Shown here piece by piece: positions 30,840 to 42,151 of a stretch of DNA of 64,000 bases (positions are counted from its first letter, which is position 1; each line of letters starts with the position of its first letter). Made by a program: the position numbers and the translations under genes. Below the pieces are notes generated by a model that ran no database searches, was not told where the DNA came from, and was given only the letters and a program-made list of their open reading frames with translations. This stretch comes from a virus. Its lineage: Duplodnaviria > Caudoviricetes. Location of the stretch: the IMG/VR virus record IMGVR_UViG_3300012983_000033, positions 32,001 through 96,000 of that record; one strand, written 5' to 3'.

Positions 30840-31118
30840 TTACCAACTTATCTCGACTTCTGTTTGAGTATACTTGGGCGTATGACTTACCGCAAAACCA
30901 AGCTCATTAAAGTATTCAGTGGCAACTGTTAAATATTCATCTTTTATATTAAATGAAATATTATGATAGCCTCGACTTGCTCTATTGACAATTTTTTCAG
31001 AAATTTTTTCTCTCTCAACAAAGTCAACAAGTTCCTTCATTCGCTTATCTTTTGCTTCCTGCACTATTTTTCTTGCTCTTTCCGCATTTATCATATTATT
31101 CTTCTCCTCAATCTCCAT
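30840..31118 (-). CDS. Hypothetical protein
   Basis: 92 aa ORF, last gene of the minus-strand block. Confidence 0.65.
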   Translation of the reverse strand: MEIEEKNNMINAERARKIVQEAKDKRMKELVDFVEREKISEKIVNRASRGYHNISFNIKDEYLTVATEYFNELGFAVSHTPKYTQTEVEISW

Positions 31119-31148
31119 AACAAAATATTACCACAAAAGCAAAAAGCA

Positions 31149-31763
31149 TTACCCACAACAGTGACACTTGCTTTCACCTCTCTTGACGAAATGAGGGCAA
31201 ACCTCTCCAATGCCTATTGTATCACAACGACAAGTGTAATCATTTCCATCGTGACCGCAACAATGAGTGCTCTGATCACAAGTCTCACATTTACGACCAA
31301 GATGATAACAACCCTCACCATAAGCACAAAGATTACAAAGCACCGGACTCTTTTTACCGTCAAGAATAATCTGGTCTTTAATACTAAGTTCATTTGTCAT
31401 TGTTCTCTGACAATGAGGACAATATCCTAAAACCTCTGCGTCAAAATTAATATGTCCACATTCGCTACACATAATTTCTCCGTCTATGTACTTCCAGTAA
31501 GCAGAATTATCCTCAAGTTTACCAAGTCTTTCATCTTCGATATACTGCTGTTCAATATAGTCCTCAAGAAATTCAATCAGCGGCACACGCACCTCGTTCA
31601 TAGCACCAACTGAACCATCCTTTAGCAGAGCCAACATTGTTTCAACACTCATCGACTCGCACCATTCAATTGCTTCCACTTCTTCCTCAAATCTTTCAAT
31701 GTCCTCATACATCTTCTGGAGTGCATCTATTGCTGCACTCATTGTTTCTTTCAACTTCTCCAT
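31149..31763 (-). CDS. Cys-rich Zn-ribbon protein
   Basis: CSECG...YCPHC plus a Cys/His-rich tail. Confidence 0.6.
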   Translation of the reverse strand: MEKLKETMSAAIDALQKMYEDIERFEEEVEAIEWCESMSVETMLALLKDGSVGAMNEVRVPLIEFLEDYIEQQYIEDERLGKLEDNSAYWKYIDGEIMCSECGHINFDAEVLGYCPHCQRTMTNELSIKDQIILDGKKSPVLCNLCAYGEGCYHLGRKCETCDQSTHCCGHDGNDYTCRCDTIGIGEVCPHFVKRGESKCHCCG

Positions 31764-32568
31764 ATCCTAACTCCTTTTTCACTGCAATTTTCATAATATT
31801 ATATTGAACTTCATCAAGCAACTCTTCCATTTCTGGGTTTGCTTTATTTTCAACCTTTTCCAAAAAATTTTTTGCCTTTTCATCAATATTACTTATACTG
31901 CGGTCAGCAAGAAATCTTGTTTCTTCTAATGAATGACAACCCCGTTTCACATTCACAAGATATTCACCCCTCAATGGAATCATACACTCTTCATATGGTA
32001 CTCCCGCAATATAACGAGAGATAAAATCCTCAATACGAAGTAAGTGATGAAGCTGCTTAGGGTCATAACCATATTTATTAATCATATGCATACGCTTTGG
32101 ATAATGATGCTCCATTGCGTGATATTTTTCTTTTGCAACACCCTGCATTGCTTTGATTGCCTGATATGGATTCATATGGGCAATCTCTTCTCGAGCATCA
32201 ACAAGCTTCTTCCATTCACCAAAATATTCCTCATTGATAAGACAATATTTTGTGAAAAGAATTTCAAGAAAGTTTAAGTTCTGTTTGCGGAAAGTTTGCA
32301 TATATAAGCGAACATCCTTAAAATCAATATGTTCATCATTTGCTCGGAAGTGAGTTGTGCTTATAGGTTGTTTGTTCATCGCTATTTTATAGAATGAAGG
32401 AACAACAATTAACTTTGTGTCGATGTCGGATTCTTCATAGTCGAGACCGTAGTTGCCACTACCCTGATTAAAGATACCTACAATTTCATCTTGTAAGAAA
32501 TATTGATAAGACTCTTCAAGATGTTCATTGACTTTATCCATAATCCATTCATCACTATGAAAGTTCAT
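31705..32568 (-). CDS. Nucleotidyltransferase (Pol-beta superfamily)
   Basis: QGSGNYGLDYEESDIDTK (GS...DxD), LEILF, YDPKQLHHLLR. Confidence 0.8.
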   Translation of the reverse strand: MNFHSDEWIMDKVNEHLEESYQYFLQDEIVGIFNQGSGNYGLDYEESDIDTKLIVVPSFYKIAMNKQPISTTHFRANDEHIDFKDVRLYMQTFRKQNLNFLEILFTKYCLINEEYFGEWKKLVDAREEIAHMNPYQAIKAMQGVAKEKYHAMEHHYPKRMHMINKYGYDPKQLHHLLRIEDFISRYIAGVPYEECMIPLRGEYLVNVKRGCHSLEETRFLADRSISNIDEKAKNFLEKVENKANPEMEELLDEVQYNIMKIAVKKELGYGEVERNNECSNRCTPEDV

Positions 32569-32959
32569 CTGTATCCTCCTTTAGCTTAACATATAATCTG
32601 TAACCTGTACCGTACCATCCATTATCATATCCCTCATAGGAAACGCAGTTAATGCGGCGGTCCTCAGCGAACACAAAGATATGATATCTGCCGTCGTCTG
32701 ATTCGTCTTCAGTAAGACACTCAACATTTGTGATAACATTATCACACTCATTCAGTTCAAAAATATCATACCAACCATGGCCGCAGCCACCACAACCTTC
32801 GTTGCCAATAGTTATAAATTCCACTCCGTTATCAAGAATGAATCTGGCTTCCATATCATCAACTTGTATTACTTTAACTATCTTATGAAAAAGTAATAGT
32901 TCTTTTACCTTATCATTAAAATCGCGGTCATCAGAATGACCAATATATTTTTTATCCAT
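32552..32959 (-). CDS. Hypothetical protein
   Basis: NEGCGGC and DNGWYGTGY motifs; ends TAG-TGA. Confidence 0.7.
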
Positions 32960-32970
32960 TAATATCCTCC

Positions 32971-33294
32971 TTATTGATAATCTTCGTCGATGTCATCAGG
33001 ACCAGATGCTTCTTCTACCCAATAATTAAGCCAGCTTTCTCGCTGTCCGTAGTAGACATCCCAACAATCATCTTCAGAAGCATTGCTATCAAGACCGAAG
33101 TCTTGCATATCTCCCATAATATCTCCGATATCAGGAATACCGTGATAACCCTCAAAAGACTCGTAGTCATCTATTGCCTCAATACGAGCCTCGGTCATAG
33201 CATCTTCTTCAGTTTTATACTCATAAGGACCTACACAATAAGTGCCGCCGCCCACAGAGTTAATATATAATCTATACCATTTACTCATTTGCAC
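32971..33294 (-). CDS. Acidic hypothetical protein
   Basis: 107 aa ORF in an operon. Confidence 0.65.
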   Translation of the reverse strand: MQMSKWYRLYINSVGGGTYCVGPYEYKTEEDAMTEARIEAIDDYESFEGYHGIPDIGDIMGDMQDFGLDSNASEDDCWDVYYGQRESWLNYWVEEASGPDDIDEDYQ

Positions 33295-34256
33295 TTTTCC
33301 TTTCTTTTAAAGTTTTCACAACGATCGCCCGTATGTATTGAAAGACAATAACAAGTAACTTCTTTAATGGGGCTATCAGAGTATGATTTTAAAACATACA
33401 TATCACAATTTAAACAATTACTATGTCTACAAACTTCATATTTACATTTTTGACAAAGTTCTTCTCTTTTAATTGGATATACTTTTATCTTTCGCTTCAT
33501 TTCGACTCTCCTTACTGCGAAGACGCTGACATTTTCTTCGCCAATTTCGATTTGACTTTTCAAGTCGTTTGTTTTCTTGAAGTAAGCTCCAAGCAAGTTC
33601 GATTAAATCAATTTCAGTCACTGCAACTTCTCTATTGCGTATAAGAATAAGCATTTCTTCAACATCTTTACACATATTCTTTACCCTCAATTTCTGCCTT
33701 AAGTTTCTCTAAAATTCTTTCAACCCCTGCTTTATCTGTATTAAAATATTGGATTTTATTTGTTTCAACTGCCCAACACAAAAGGTCATAAAGAAGTTCA
33801 ACTTCACTCTTTTCAAAAGGCAACATTATACTATGCATTATCATTTTCCTCCGCTTCCACAATTTCGTTAATAGAATCTTCACATTCTTCAATCATAATT
33901 TTCAGACAATCTGGGCAATAAACTCCAAAGGAGTTTGATGAAACATAAGGATGAACCTTACCACAAAAATCACAATCCATATTTTTAAAAACTGCCATTA
34001 CTCATCCTCCTCATCTTCAGCACCGACTTTTTCGTATCCGCAAATTTCAAACACACTCTGATATTCTTCAAGTTCTTCAAAACATTTTTCTCTTTCTGCA
34101 AATTCTTTGGGTGTTTGGGGATTTGGAAAAGCATCCACGATTAAGTTAATACATTTGTTTCGTGCAAGATACTCTGATGAATAGAAATAATCGTTGCAAT
34201 TCCAGTCCCAAACTCTCCATATTTCATCTCTACCCATAATATCCTCTCCTTTTGTA

Positions 34257-34604
34257 TTAGAACTGACGCTGAATAAGAAGAAAACGAGGTTCAGGAATTT
34301 CATCACGATTGGGAAAAAGTTCCTTATAAATTTCCATAAGACCTTCTTTTGTGTCTTTTACTATTTTACCCATAGCATAATCAGTGATATCAAGAATATC
34401 ATCTGTTTCATAACATTCAACACCGAGAACAAGAGGACTTTCAAATTCCCAGCTGTGGTAATAGAAACCCTGACCATAATGCTCACCAATATACCAGTCA
34501 TCATCAATAAATTTTTCGACCGCTTCTTCATTAGCATTAAATAAAATATCGTTATCCTCGATAATAAAACCGTAATAAATTGATGCAAGATTTTCTATAC
34601 TCAT
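34257..34604 (-). CDS. Hypothetical protein
   Basis: RBS, operon packing. Confidence 0.65.
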   Translation of the reverse strand: MSIENLASIYYGFIIEDNDILFNANEEAVEKFIDDDWYIGEHYGQGFYYHSWEFESPLVLGVECYETDDILDITDYAMGKIVKDTKEGLMEIYKELFPNRDEIPEPRFLLIQRQF

Positions 34605-34624
34605 AATATCATTTCCTTTCTATA

Positions 34625-34957
34625 TTAATCCTCGTCGTATTCAATATCAATAAGTTCAAAACTCTCTTTCCAATCAAAACCTTTCTGGCAGTGAGGACAG
34701 TAACCACTCGCAAGAAAGATTACTTTGTCTTCATCGCAATCCTTGTGTTCAAAAATATTATAATCAAGTTCGTGACCACATTTAGGACATACTGCCCAAT
34801 ATTCTTTGGGTTTCTTCTCTTCTTTCTGAACAAGTTTTTCAAGAACGGCTTCTGCAAGACCAATTTCTTCAAACTCAGCCTCAGCCTCACTACCATAGTA
34901 TTGATAAAGCGAATCAAGTGCTCCGTTGATTATATCCATAGCTTCTCTTACTTTCAT
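34625..34957 (-). CDS. Zn-ribbon protein
   Basis: CPKCG...CPHC. Confidence 0.65.
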   Translation of the reverse strand: MKVREAMDIINGALDSLYQYYGSEAEAEFEEIGLAEAVLEKLVQKEEKKPKEYWAVCPKCGHELDYNIFEHKDCDEDKVIFLASGYCPHCQKGFDWKESFELIDIEYDED

Positions 34958-34958
34958 A

Positions 34959-35249
34959 TTATAACTTCCTTTCTATTTTATCAAAAAATTTTTTCTTCTA
35001 TTCAGCCTTATATAATCTGGAAAATAGTTCAATTTCTTTTCCACAAACTGGACATTTAATATAGAAAACAGATACCCATTCCTTACTAAAATCAATCTCT
35101 CGTTCAGGACCAATATAACAAAATCTTTTGTATGTTTTTTCTGGGTCACAAAAAACTTTTTCATATATATCACTATGTGTGTATCCAAGCAATGAATTAC
35201 AAGAAGGGCAAGTATATTTTCGCATATCTCCATATTTAAGAACTTCCAT
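34959..35249 (-). CDS. Zn-ribbon protein (probable TAG readthrough at 34998)
   Basis: CPSC...CPVCG; readthrough ends at TAA 34959, adjacent to the next ATG. Confidence 0.6.
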
Positions 35250-35296
35250 ATTAAAACTCCTTTTTAAAAATTATTTTTTTCCTACTTTCTATAATA

Positions 35297-35325
35297 ATTA
35301 TATCAAAATTTTTAAGAAAAATCAA
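35297..35325 (-). promoter_or_regulatory. Sigma-A-type promoter of the TTGATT/TTGAAA class (representative)
   Basis: TTGATT-17-TATAAT followed by TATTATAGAAAG. Similar elements occur near 38655, 40890, 44240, 46495, 49435, 50080, 54045, 57055, 58900 and 62520. Confidence 0.7.
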
Positions 35326-35386
35326 ATCACTATCATATAAATAACACTACGGCCGCACCCTTTACACAGAAGGATGCGGCCGTCTA

Positions 35387-36160
35387 TTATTCCCAACCAT
35401 AAATTTTTTGGAATGAATAAGGCTGCGGGAGTGTCATCTGTTTAAAGCGATTAGCCTTATGTTTTGTCTTAATAAGTTCAATTACCTTTTCACTGTCGCA
35501 CTTACCAGTCCTGATATAAGTATCTAACTGTTCATAAGTAAAACCAAATCTATCCTCATCCGTCTGACCACAGAGTCCGTCAGAAGGAGTTTTGTGTGTA
35601 AGGAAATGCGGCAATCCAAGAGCATCACCGATGGCTACAACCTCGCTCGCTGTATAATTGGCGAGAGGTGCGAAATCACCAATATTATCACCCCAACGGG
35701 TTGAATAACCGATATATGATTCAGAAAGATTATCTGTGCAGACCACTCGACCTCCAATTGACTGGGATACAAAGTAAAGAACCGTCATACGAATACGGGG
35801 AGGTAAATTGATTATTGCCTGCTCAGAAGGCTGAAAGGCTCTTCCTGCTGTGGCAGCAACTTCTAAACCAAGAGCCGACACAACGGACTCTATATTTACT
35901 ACATATCGATCAATGTCAAGATAATTACAAACATTAAAAGAATCCTTAATATCTTTTTGTTCACCATTCGGCATTAAAACTCCTACTACTCTATCTTTAC
36001 CAAGAGCTTCTACGCACAAAGCTGCGGCGACCGTGGAATCCTTACCACCGCTAATGCCAATAACAGCATTGCAATCTTTCCCGTTCTCTTCAAACCAATC
36101 TCGTATCCACTGTACGATACGGTCTTTATGTTCTACTGCATTAAAATCTTCTCTTACCAT
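35387..36160 (-). CDS. nadE: NH3-dependent NAD+ synthetase
   Basis: GISGGKDS PP-loop, N...RIRM, GYSTRWGD, PSDGL, TDED.FG.TY. Confidence 0.92.
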   Translation of the reverse strand: MVREDFNAVEHKDRIVQWIRDWFEENGKDCNAVIGISGGKDSTVAAALCVEALGKDRVVGVLMPNGEQKDIKDSFNVCNYLDIDRYVVNIESVVSALGLEVAATAGRAFQPSEQAIINLPPRIRMTVLYFVSQSIGGRVVCTDNLSESYIGYSTRWGDNIGDFAPLANYTASEVVAIGDALGLPHFLTHKTPSDGLCGQTDEDRFGFTYEQLDTYIRTGKCDSEKVIELIKTKHKANRFKQMTLPQPYSFQKIYGWE

Positions 36161-36337
36161 ATATATTTAGTTACCTCCCAATCTTCTAAAAAATCTTCAA
36201 GACTTGAATATGAACAGGATTTTGTTTCCCAAGTAATCTTTAATAATCCAAGTTTTATTTCTGATGTGATGGTGTAGAGTTCATCGGTATGAAGTCCCAT
36301 TGAACCATTTTCACCAATATATCTTGCTACGATTTTC

Positions 36338-36700
36338 TTATCCATTTTCAGTCTTTTCCCTTATAATATAAATCTTACCGTCTTGATCAACAATCTCATA
36401 TTCTTCAAAAAATTCATTCATTTGGACTTCATCGGATATTATGACTTTATATTGGGTTTCATATGTTTTGGGAATTTCAAAAACGGCACCCATCATTGCT
36501 CCTGTCAAACCGCCCGCAACCACTACAATTACTGCAGCAAATATTGCAACAGCGTCCCAGCCTACATCATGTAAGGCTATGATAGAAATAATAATTCCTA
36601 TCACCCCTACTACTGCAAATGCGATCCAAAACGCCTTCCAGTTAAATATAGCTTCAGCTACTACTTCTGCCTGTGATAAAACTTCAATTCCTTTAAGCAT
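36338..36700 (-). CDS. Two-TM membrane protein (paralog of 47135..47470)
   Basis: Two hydrophobic helices; QY.V.I.D...Y..VD..GK. Confidence 0.7.
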   Translation of the reverse strand: MLKGIEVLSQAEVVAEAIFNWKAFWIAFAVVGVIGIIISIIALHDVGWDAVAIFAAVIVVVAGGLTGAMMGAVFEIPKTYETQYKVIISDEVQMNEFFEEYEIVDQDGKIYIIREKTENG

Positions 36701-37254
36701 TAGTAAATATTCACTCCTTTACTTACCAACTTTTTATATGCTTCACTTAAAATATGGTCATACCCATCTTTATCGCCTCTAACAACACCACAATCAATAC
36801 GATGATAATCAAGCATATGAAGAATTTCCTCTGCAAGAGCATCACTCTCTGCTTCGGTCTGACTGCGGCCCTTCGGATTATATACTTTACCTCGTTTAAT
36901 AAAGAAGTTTATGTTGTCATATGTATTAAAAACATTTAAGATAACCTCATTAAAGGGTTGTCCAAGTGCGGGATTTGTATTGTAGATAATAGCAAGAGGA
37001 AGCGGACTATCTGTGATAATAACATCAACATCATCGCGGCATCTTGCAAGTCGATAAGACTGTTTACCAAACACATATTCCTGACAACTTAAGGCAAGTG
37101 TATTACCTTCCCAAGTTTTATCCTTCGCAAACTCTGTAACGAGCTCGGCGTTTATGCCACACTGTTTGAGTTCTGAAAAGATGTATGCGGCACCTGTGCT
37201 TTTACCAGCACCCGGCGCTCCAAATAGATTTATTACAAGCGGTACTTTATTCAT
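36700..37254 (-). CDS. P-loop kinase/ATPase, NadR/AAA_28-like
   Basis: GAPGAGKST, VTEFAK, ITDSPL, GRSQTE.E. Confidence 0.75.
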   Translation of the reverse strand: MNKVPLVINLFGAPGAGKSTGAAYIFSELKQCGINAELVTEFAKDKTWEGNTLALSCQEYVFGKQSYRLARCRDDVDVIITDSPLPLAIIYNTNPALGQPFNEVILNVFNTYDNINFFIKRGKVYNPKGRSQTEAESDALAEEILHMLDYHRIDCGVVRGDKDGYDHILSEAYKKLVSKGVNIY

Positions 37255-39946
37255 ATTATCCTCCTTACTTTAAAGCTCCAATTACGACTGCGATTATATC
37301 TAATATTGTAGTTGCACCATAAAAGGCTGCCCAACCCCATTTCTTTTCAGCAAGACAGTGAATGGTTTCATTTAAGAAAAAGCCTATAAAAACCAGATAA
37401 AACATTTCTAACATATGTTGTTCTCCTTATCCTATCGATATACTTACTGTTGCAATTTCATCAGTTCTTACAAAAATATTTTTTGTGTGCATTCTATCGC
37501 CAAGGCTTATGAACTGATTATCGCCACTTTTTAAATAATCTTTTGCAAGATCATATGAATTATCATAATCATTTTTATCATAACCCTCAATCTTTTCTCC
37601 CGATTTAAGGATTATTTCAAATTTCCACCAATATTTTCTTTCGTGTTCATCTTTACTCGTCAATAACATATTTATTCACATACTCCTTATAATCTTCATT
37701 CTCAAGTTGCCATTGTCCTTCAAAAACAATTTTAATCGGCTTTGGTGCTGGAATTAGTATTGGTATTAAAGGCTTATTACCAGCCACATATATCGAATCC
37801 TCACCTTCAAATGGTTTTATCTATGCAGAATCAACACTAAAAAGTTTTTCACACATATTTTTATTCCTCCCTCGATGGCATCTCAAGATAGTTATATAGT
37901 TTTTCAATACCGTCTGGTGTATCAACTCTAATAACTTTTCCTTCATCCGAACTACTTCTTCGAAGTTTAATAGCAAACACAGTATTATCGCGGGAGTCCC
38001 AAGTCGCCTCAATATACTTATAAGGGATACGATTTCTTTTACAAGTATTATACATATTTGGACCCCAAGCATTATTTTCACTTACAAAATTGAGAAACTC
38101 TGCAAACTGTTCTGGTGTCATTATTCTTCCTCCAATGCCTTTCTTAATAATCTTCTAAGATCAAGCGAATATCCATTCTCAAGCCAAGCATCTTTTAATA
38201 GATTCCAATTATCTGGTTGTTCAAAGAATGAGGCAATCTGGTCGATTATTTCTTCTTCTGCATCAGGGATTTCAGAAATATGTTTATAAGGTAACAGCAC
38301 AAACTTTACTGTATCAGTTACTGAACCAACCTTTGCCTCTGCTTCAGCTACATAGTTTGGAAGTTTATCAACATTTATATATCGACCCATATCAAAACTC
38401 CTTCCACTCATTGAGCTTTTTCTGTATCTGTTCATACTGCATAAAAGCGATATCAACTCTATCATAATAATTCTCTTCGCCGCCGATATTAAGCGACTCA
38501 ACAAGTCTTATAACAACTTCTTCCTTATTCGGTGCGGGCGGTGATGATTTCTGAACACCCGTGCCGCGATTTGGAGGGGCAGTTTTACTTTCTTCAGTTG
38601 GTTGCCAAGTATTCATCATATATATAATTCTCTCCTTTATCTATCTTATATAAATATTATATCAAAAATTTAATAATTTTGCAAATAATTTAAGCCATAG
38701 TATTATTACTATGGCGTCTTATTATTCAATGTTTACAATATTATTTGTATAATAGGTTGTAGATGCAACAGGAGTTCTACAATGTGTTCCTTCCATAGAA
38801 GTGCCAGTCACAAACATTGGCTGGGTTGCTGTGCCAATTGAGGCTAAAGCCTTTTCCATTCGTTGGATTGCTTTCTCACAATCTCTCTCCTGACCAGAAG
38901 AATGGCTATCCCAATAACACTTTTCAACTGGATCGTAACTTGTACAAAAATCACATTTTGTCATATTATCACCTTCTTTTTAGTGAGTATAATTCCATAA
39001 TATTGTTGCAAAAAATACAGCAATTATCCAGAATGTGCTACCAATAAAATAATGGTTTTTATCAAAAGCACAAACTGTGATAATACCGAATATTACAGTC
39101 ATCAATAAGAGAATAAAAACCATCAATTTTCTATTCCCTCTCTTGACTTCATCTGTTCATATGAAATTGCTTTATTCCTAACAAGTTTAGGAATAGAACA
39201 CTCAGGAATCTGAATAAATGAACCACAACAAGGACATATTACACCATAATCGGTTTGTAATTCAGAAGAAAAAATAAGTTCTTTCCACATACGATAGCAA
39301 ATATCACTTTCATCAATACTAAGCACTGCACCACAATAATCAGATTCTTCTCCCCAATAACCGGTTTTATTTTTATATTGTTTACAAATTATTTCTGCTT
39401 CATATGTATCAGGCTTTTTTATAATTTTCATTATACATCACTTCCCCACAATTTATCTTCAAATTCTCCTGCGAACCAAAGGCGATAAATATTATGACCC
39501 TGCCGCAGTTCACGATTCGTTAAATCTTTGAGTAACTTCCATTCCCCTCTTTTATTGCGAAGATATATTTCAAATGTGTCTCCATTCCACGCAAATTTAT
39601 CAGCATTTAAGAGAATAATTAAATCGTTTGTATATATTGATACATTCCCAACAAAGGACTGTTGAAGATATTGTGCTTGATTAAAGCAATAACTTGCCCC
39701 TTTCGTGGCATCTACCCAAAACGCCCTACTCGGTGCAGTATCGTGAGTGAGTATACCATCTTCAAAATAAACTTTCATTTAATTCCTCCTGTTTCATTCT
39801 CTCATAAAGTATCTTCATACTAATTCCACGACATCTTACTTGATTTGGGCAAATTATACAAACAGAGGTAATGGTAGTAAGTTTATTTGTTTCTAACAGA
39901 CACGCTCGCAGCTCTTCATCTGTGGCGTCTATATTCGTTGTAAACA

Positions 39947-40255
39947 TTAAACTTCCCTCCAACCATTTTTCTGTATAATTGCTCTCATATTCGCCACACC
40001 GACAGAATTCATACTATGAATTCTGATTGGATAGTTGCGGCCGGTCTCTTCGAGCCAGTCAAGAAGTTTTATATAGTCGCCGCCATACTGAGCATATTCA
40101 CCAGCATCGTGGTCTATGTCAATGAGTTCAATTGTATAACAATATTGAATGTGTGGATCTATTAAAAAACGCTTAGCCTCATTAACACTTTTACACCAAA
40201 TATATCCCTCAGGTGCGGGTCTTACATCGTCAATCCAAAGCTTCAATTTCTTCAC
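39947..40255 (-). CDS. Cyclic-phosphate-processing receiver-like domain protein
   Basis: LWIDDVR.AP.GY.W, DIDHD, IHSMNSVG..NM. Confidence 0.7.
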   Translation of the reverse strand: MKKLKLWIDDVRPAPEGYIWCKSVNEAKRFLIDPHIQYCYTIELIDIDHDAGEYAQYGGDYIKLLDWLEETGRNYPIRIHSMNSVGVANMRAIIQKNGWREV

Positions 40256-40403
40256 TTCCTATCATAACTAATTCACCAGATATATGGAGGTAATAATAGC
40301 TATATCCCTCATCTGCATAAGCAAAACTTGCTCCATTCTCATAAAGTTCTTCTATCGTTACTTCTCGAGCATACATTTTTTAACTCCTTTTCTACTTTAT
40401 ATA

Positions 40404-40838
40404 TTACCAAGTCATATCAAATGCTTCGATTTCTGAAGTGTCGAAAACAAAATCTTCTTCGTCTTCGCCTCCACAAAAAATAATATCATCAAAATTAAGA
40501 CGGAAGCCTATCGATTCAGAAGTAAGTTCCGCATTAATAAGTTTCATATTTCGTCTTTCAAGAAACTCTTTTAAAAACTGAGGAGAAGGATTATCAACCT
40601 TATTAAGACGACCGTTTTCACCATAAAACATATAAATTGTTTTCCAACGCATTGAATAGCAATTCTTACCTATATCATTGGTATAGCAATAACCTTCAGC
40701 ATCAACGCCGCAAAGGCACATATTATTTTCTTCTACTGATAATTCACTTGCATCCGCAGTTTCATCACCAAACCAAAGGGCATCAATAAGAAGAGTTTCT
40801 ACATTGTCTGAAGTTGAACCGTTAATATATGCTTTCAT
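40404..40838 (-). CDS. Acidic hypothetical protein
   Basis: Own promoter and RBS. Confidence 0.65.
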   Translation of the reverse strand: MKAYINGSTSDNVETLLIDALWFGDETADASELSVEENNMCLCGVDAEGYCYTNDIGKNCYSMRWKTIYMFYGENGRLNKVDNPSPQFLKEFLERRNMKLINAELTSESIGFRLNFDDIIFCGGEDEEDFVFDTSEIEAFDMTW

Positions 40839-41196
40839 ATAATCATTCCCTTTCTAAATTTATATACTTTTCTTACTTTCTATAATAATTATAACATTAT
40901 TTTATAAAAAAGTCAAAAAGAGACTTATTGCTAAGTCTCTTCATCAAGTGGACATAATCAATTTATTTTCTTGAAAACTACGGTAAGATAATGTCTATCT
41001 GTAGAGTAACTGAAAGCTCGAACCTCATGGGTGGCAGAAATGATTTCTTCGTTGTACTTTTCTGCCCACTCATTAGCTTCATAAACTACTTCACTGCTAC
41101 TATCACCCGAAAATATTTTAATATAAGTATTCATACTCACACCTCAATTGTATTGATACGACCGCCAAATGATTTTGCCATAATAATCTTCCTTTC

Positions 41197-41694
41197 TTAT
41201 CCTTTATCGCACTCACAAACAAGCACAACAGTATCTGTAAAATGTTTTTCCATTAAACCGAGAACCTTTTCCCAGTCACCACCGCCACGAGCACATCCAA
41301 ACTTATATGGAAATGCGAGAACGGGAGAGGAAATTGGGAAAAATTCCTTACAAAAGAAATTAATTGTAGCGAAGCATTTTTCCAAAGCATCATAGTCAGT
41401 ATAACACTTTCCGTCATATCCATAGTCTAACTGTCCATAGATATTCAAAACACCCAAAAAGTCGTTTTCATTTCGTGCTTCCCACGGAGATTTAAGTTTT
41501 ATAAATTGTGTACATCCAAGCAAGTCTTCTGGTGAGCGACTTTCGCACCAATTCATATATTCACTATATACAATAGGAAATCGTTTCTTAACTTGCTTTG
41601 CAACGCCGCTGCCCATTACTCCCTGACAATTTACTTGATGACAGAGAATATCAGCACCACTTTCAAATATATCACACTTTTTGTGTACTATCAT
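41197..41694 (-). CDS. Macro-domain (ADP-ribose binding/hydrolase) protein
   Basis: DIF...HQVNCQGVMGSGVA...FPYKFGCARGGGDW. Confidence 0.88.
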   Translation of the reverse strand: MIVHKKCDIFESGADILCHQVNCQGVMGSGVAKQVKKRFPIVYSEYMNWCESRSPEDLLGCTQFIKLKSPWEARNENDFLGVLNIYGQLDYGYDGKCYTDYDALEKCFATINFFCKEFFPISSPVLAFPYKFGCARGGGDWEKVLGLMEKHFTDTVVLVCECDKG

Positions 41695-42151
41695 CTGCTT
41701 TAGCCTCCTTTTGCAATCTCGCCCTTATTGATGTTAAACGAGAGCAGAATTCAGAACGAGTTAAAACCGTCTCGGTAATTTTAGTTTTTCCAATTGAGTG
41801 AGTGAGAACTGCCGTTCCAGTAGCAAGTAACGCTTTCTGGAACGAAGTGTTCTGCGCGAGGGCATCAAATGCTCTGTCAAGCAATAACTGATATTCAACA
41901 CTATCTCTCTTAAAGGACTGACCCTGCCAGTGTAAGGTCTGTGTCCTCCACCATTTCTTTTTCTTTCCCTTAAACTTCGCCGCCTTGCCCACTAAAAGAC
42001 AAACTGTCTTCTGCATCTCGGGGTCTTGGAATTTTAAACTCTGCAAGAACCCTTCCATTGAATTGCATTGGACTCCGTCAATAATGAAGGGATGCGGCGA
42101 GAAGTTAGATAATGCTGCGGCAGGGAAACCGCATCCTGAACCTATATCCAT
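41672..42151 (-). CDS. NADAR-like protein (T4 30.3-like)
   Basis: LSNFSPHPF..DG....SMEGFLQSLKF...KALLATG. Confidence 0.75.
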   Translation of the reverse strand: MDIGSGCGFPAAALSNFSPHPFIIDGVQCNSMEGFLQSLKFQDPEMQKTVCLLVGKAAKFKGKKKKWWRTQTLHWQGQSFKRDSVEYQLLLDRAFDALAQNTSFQKALLATGTAVLTHSIGKTKITETVLTRSEFCSRLTSIRARLQKEAKADDSTQKV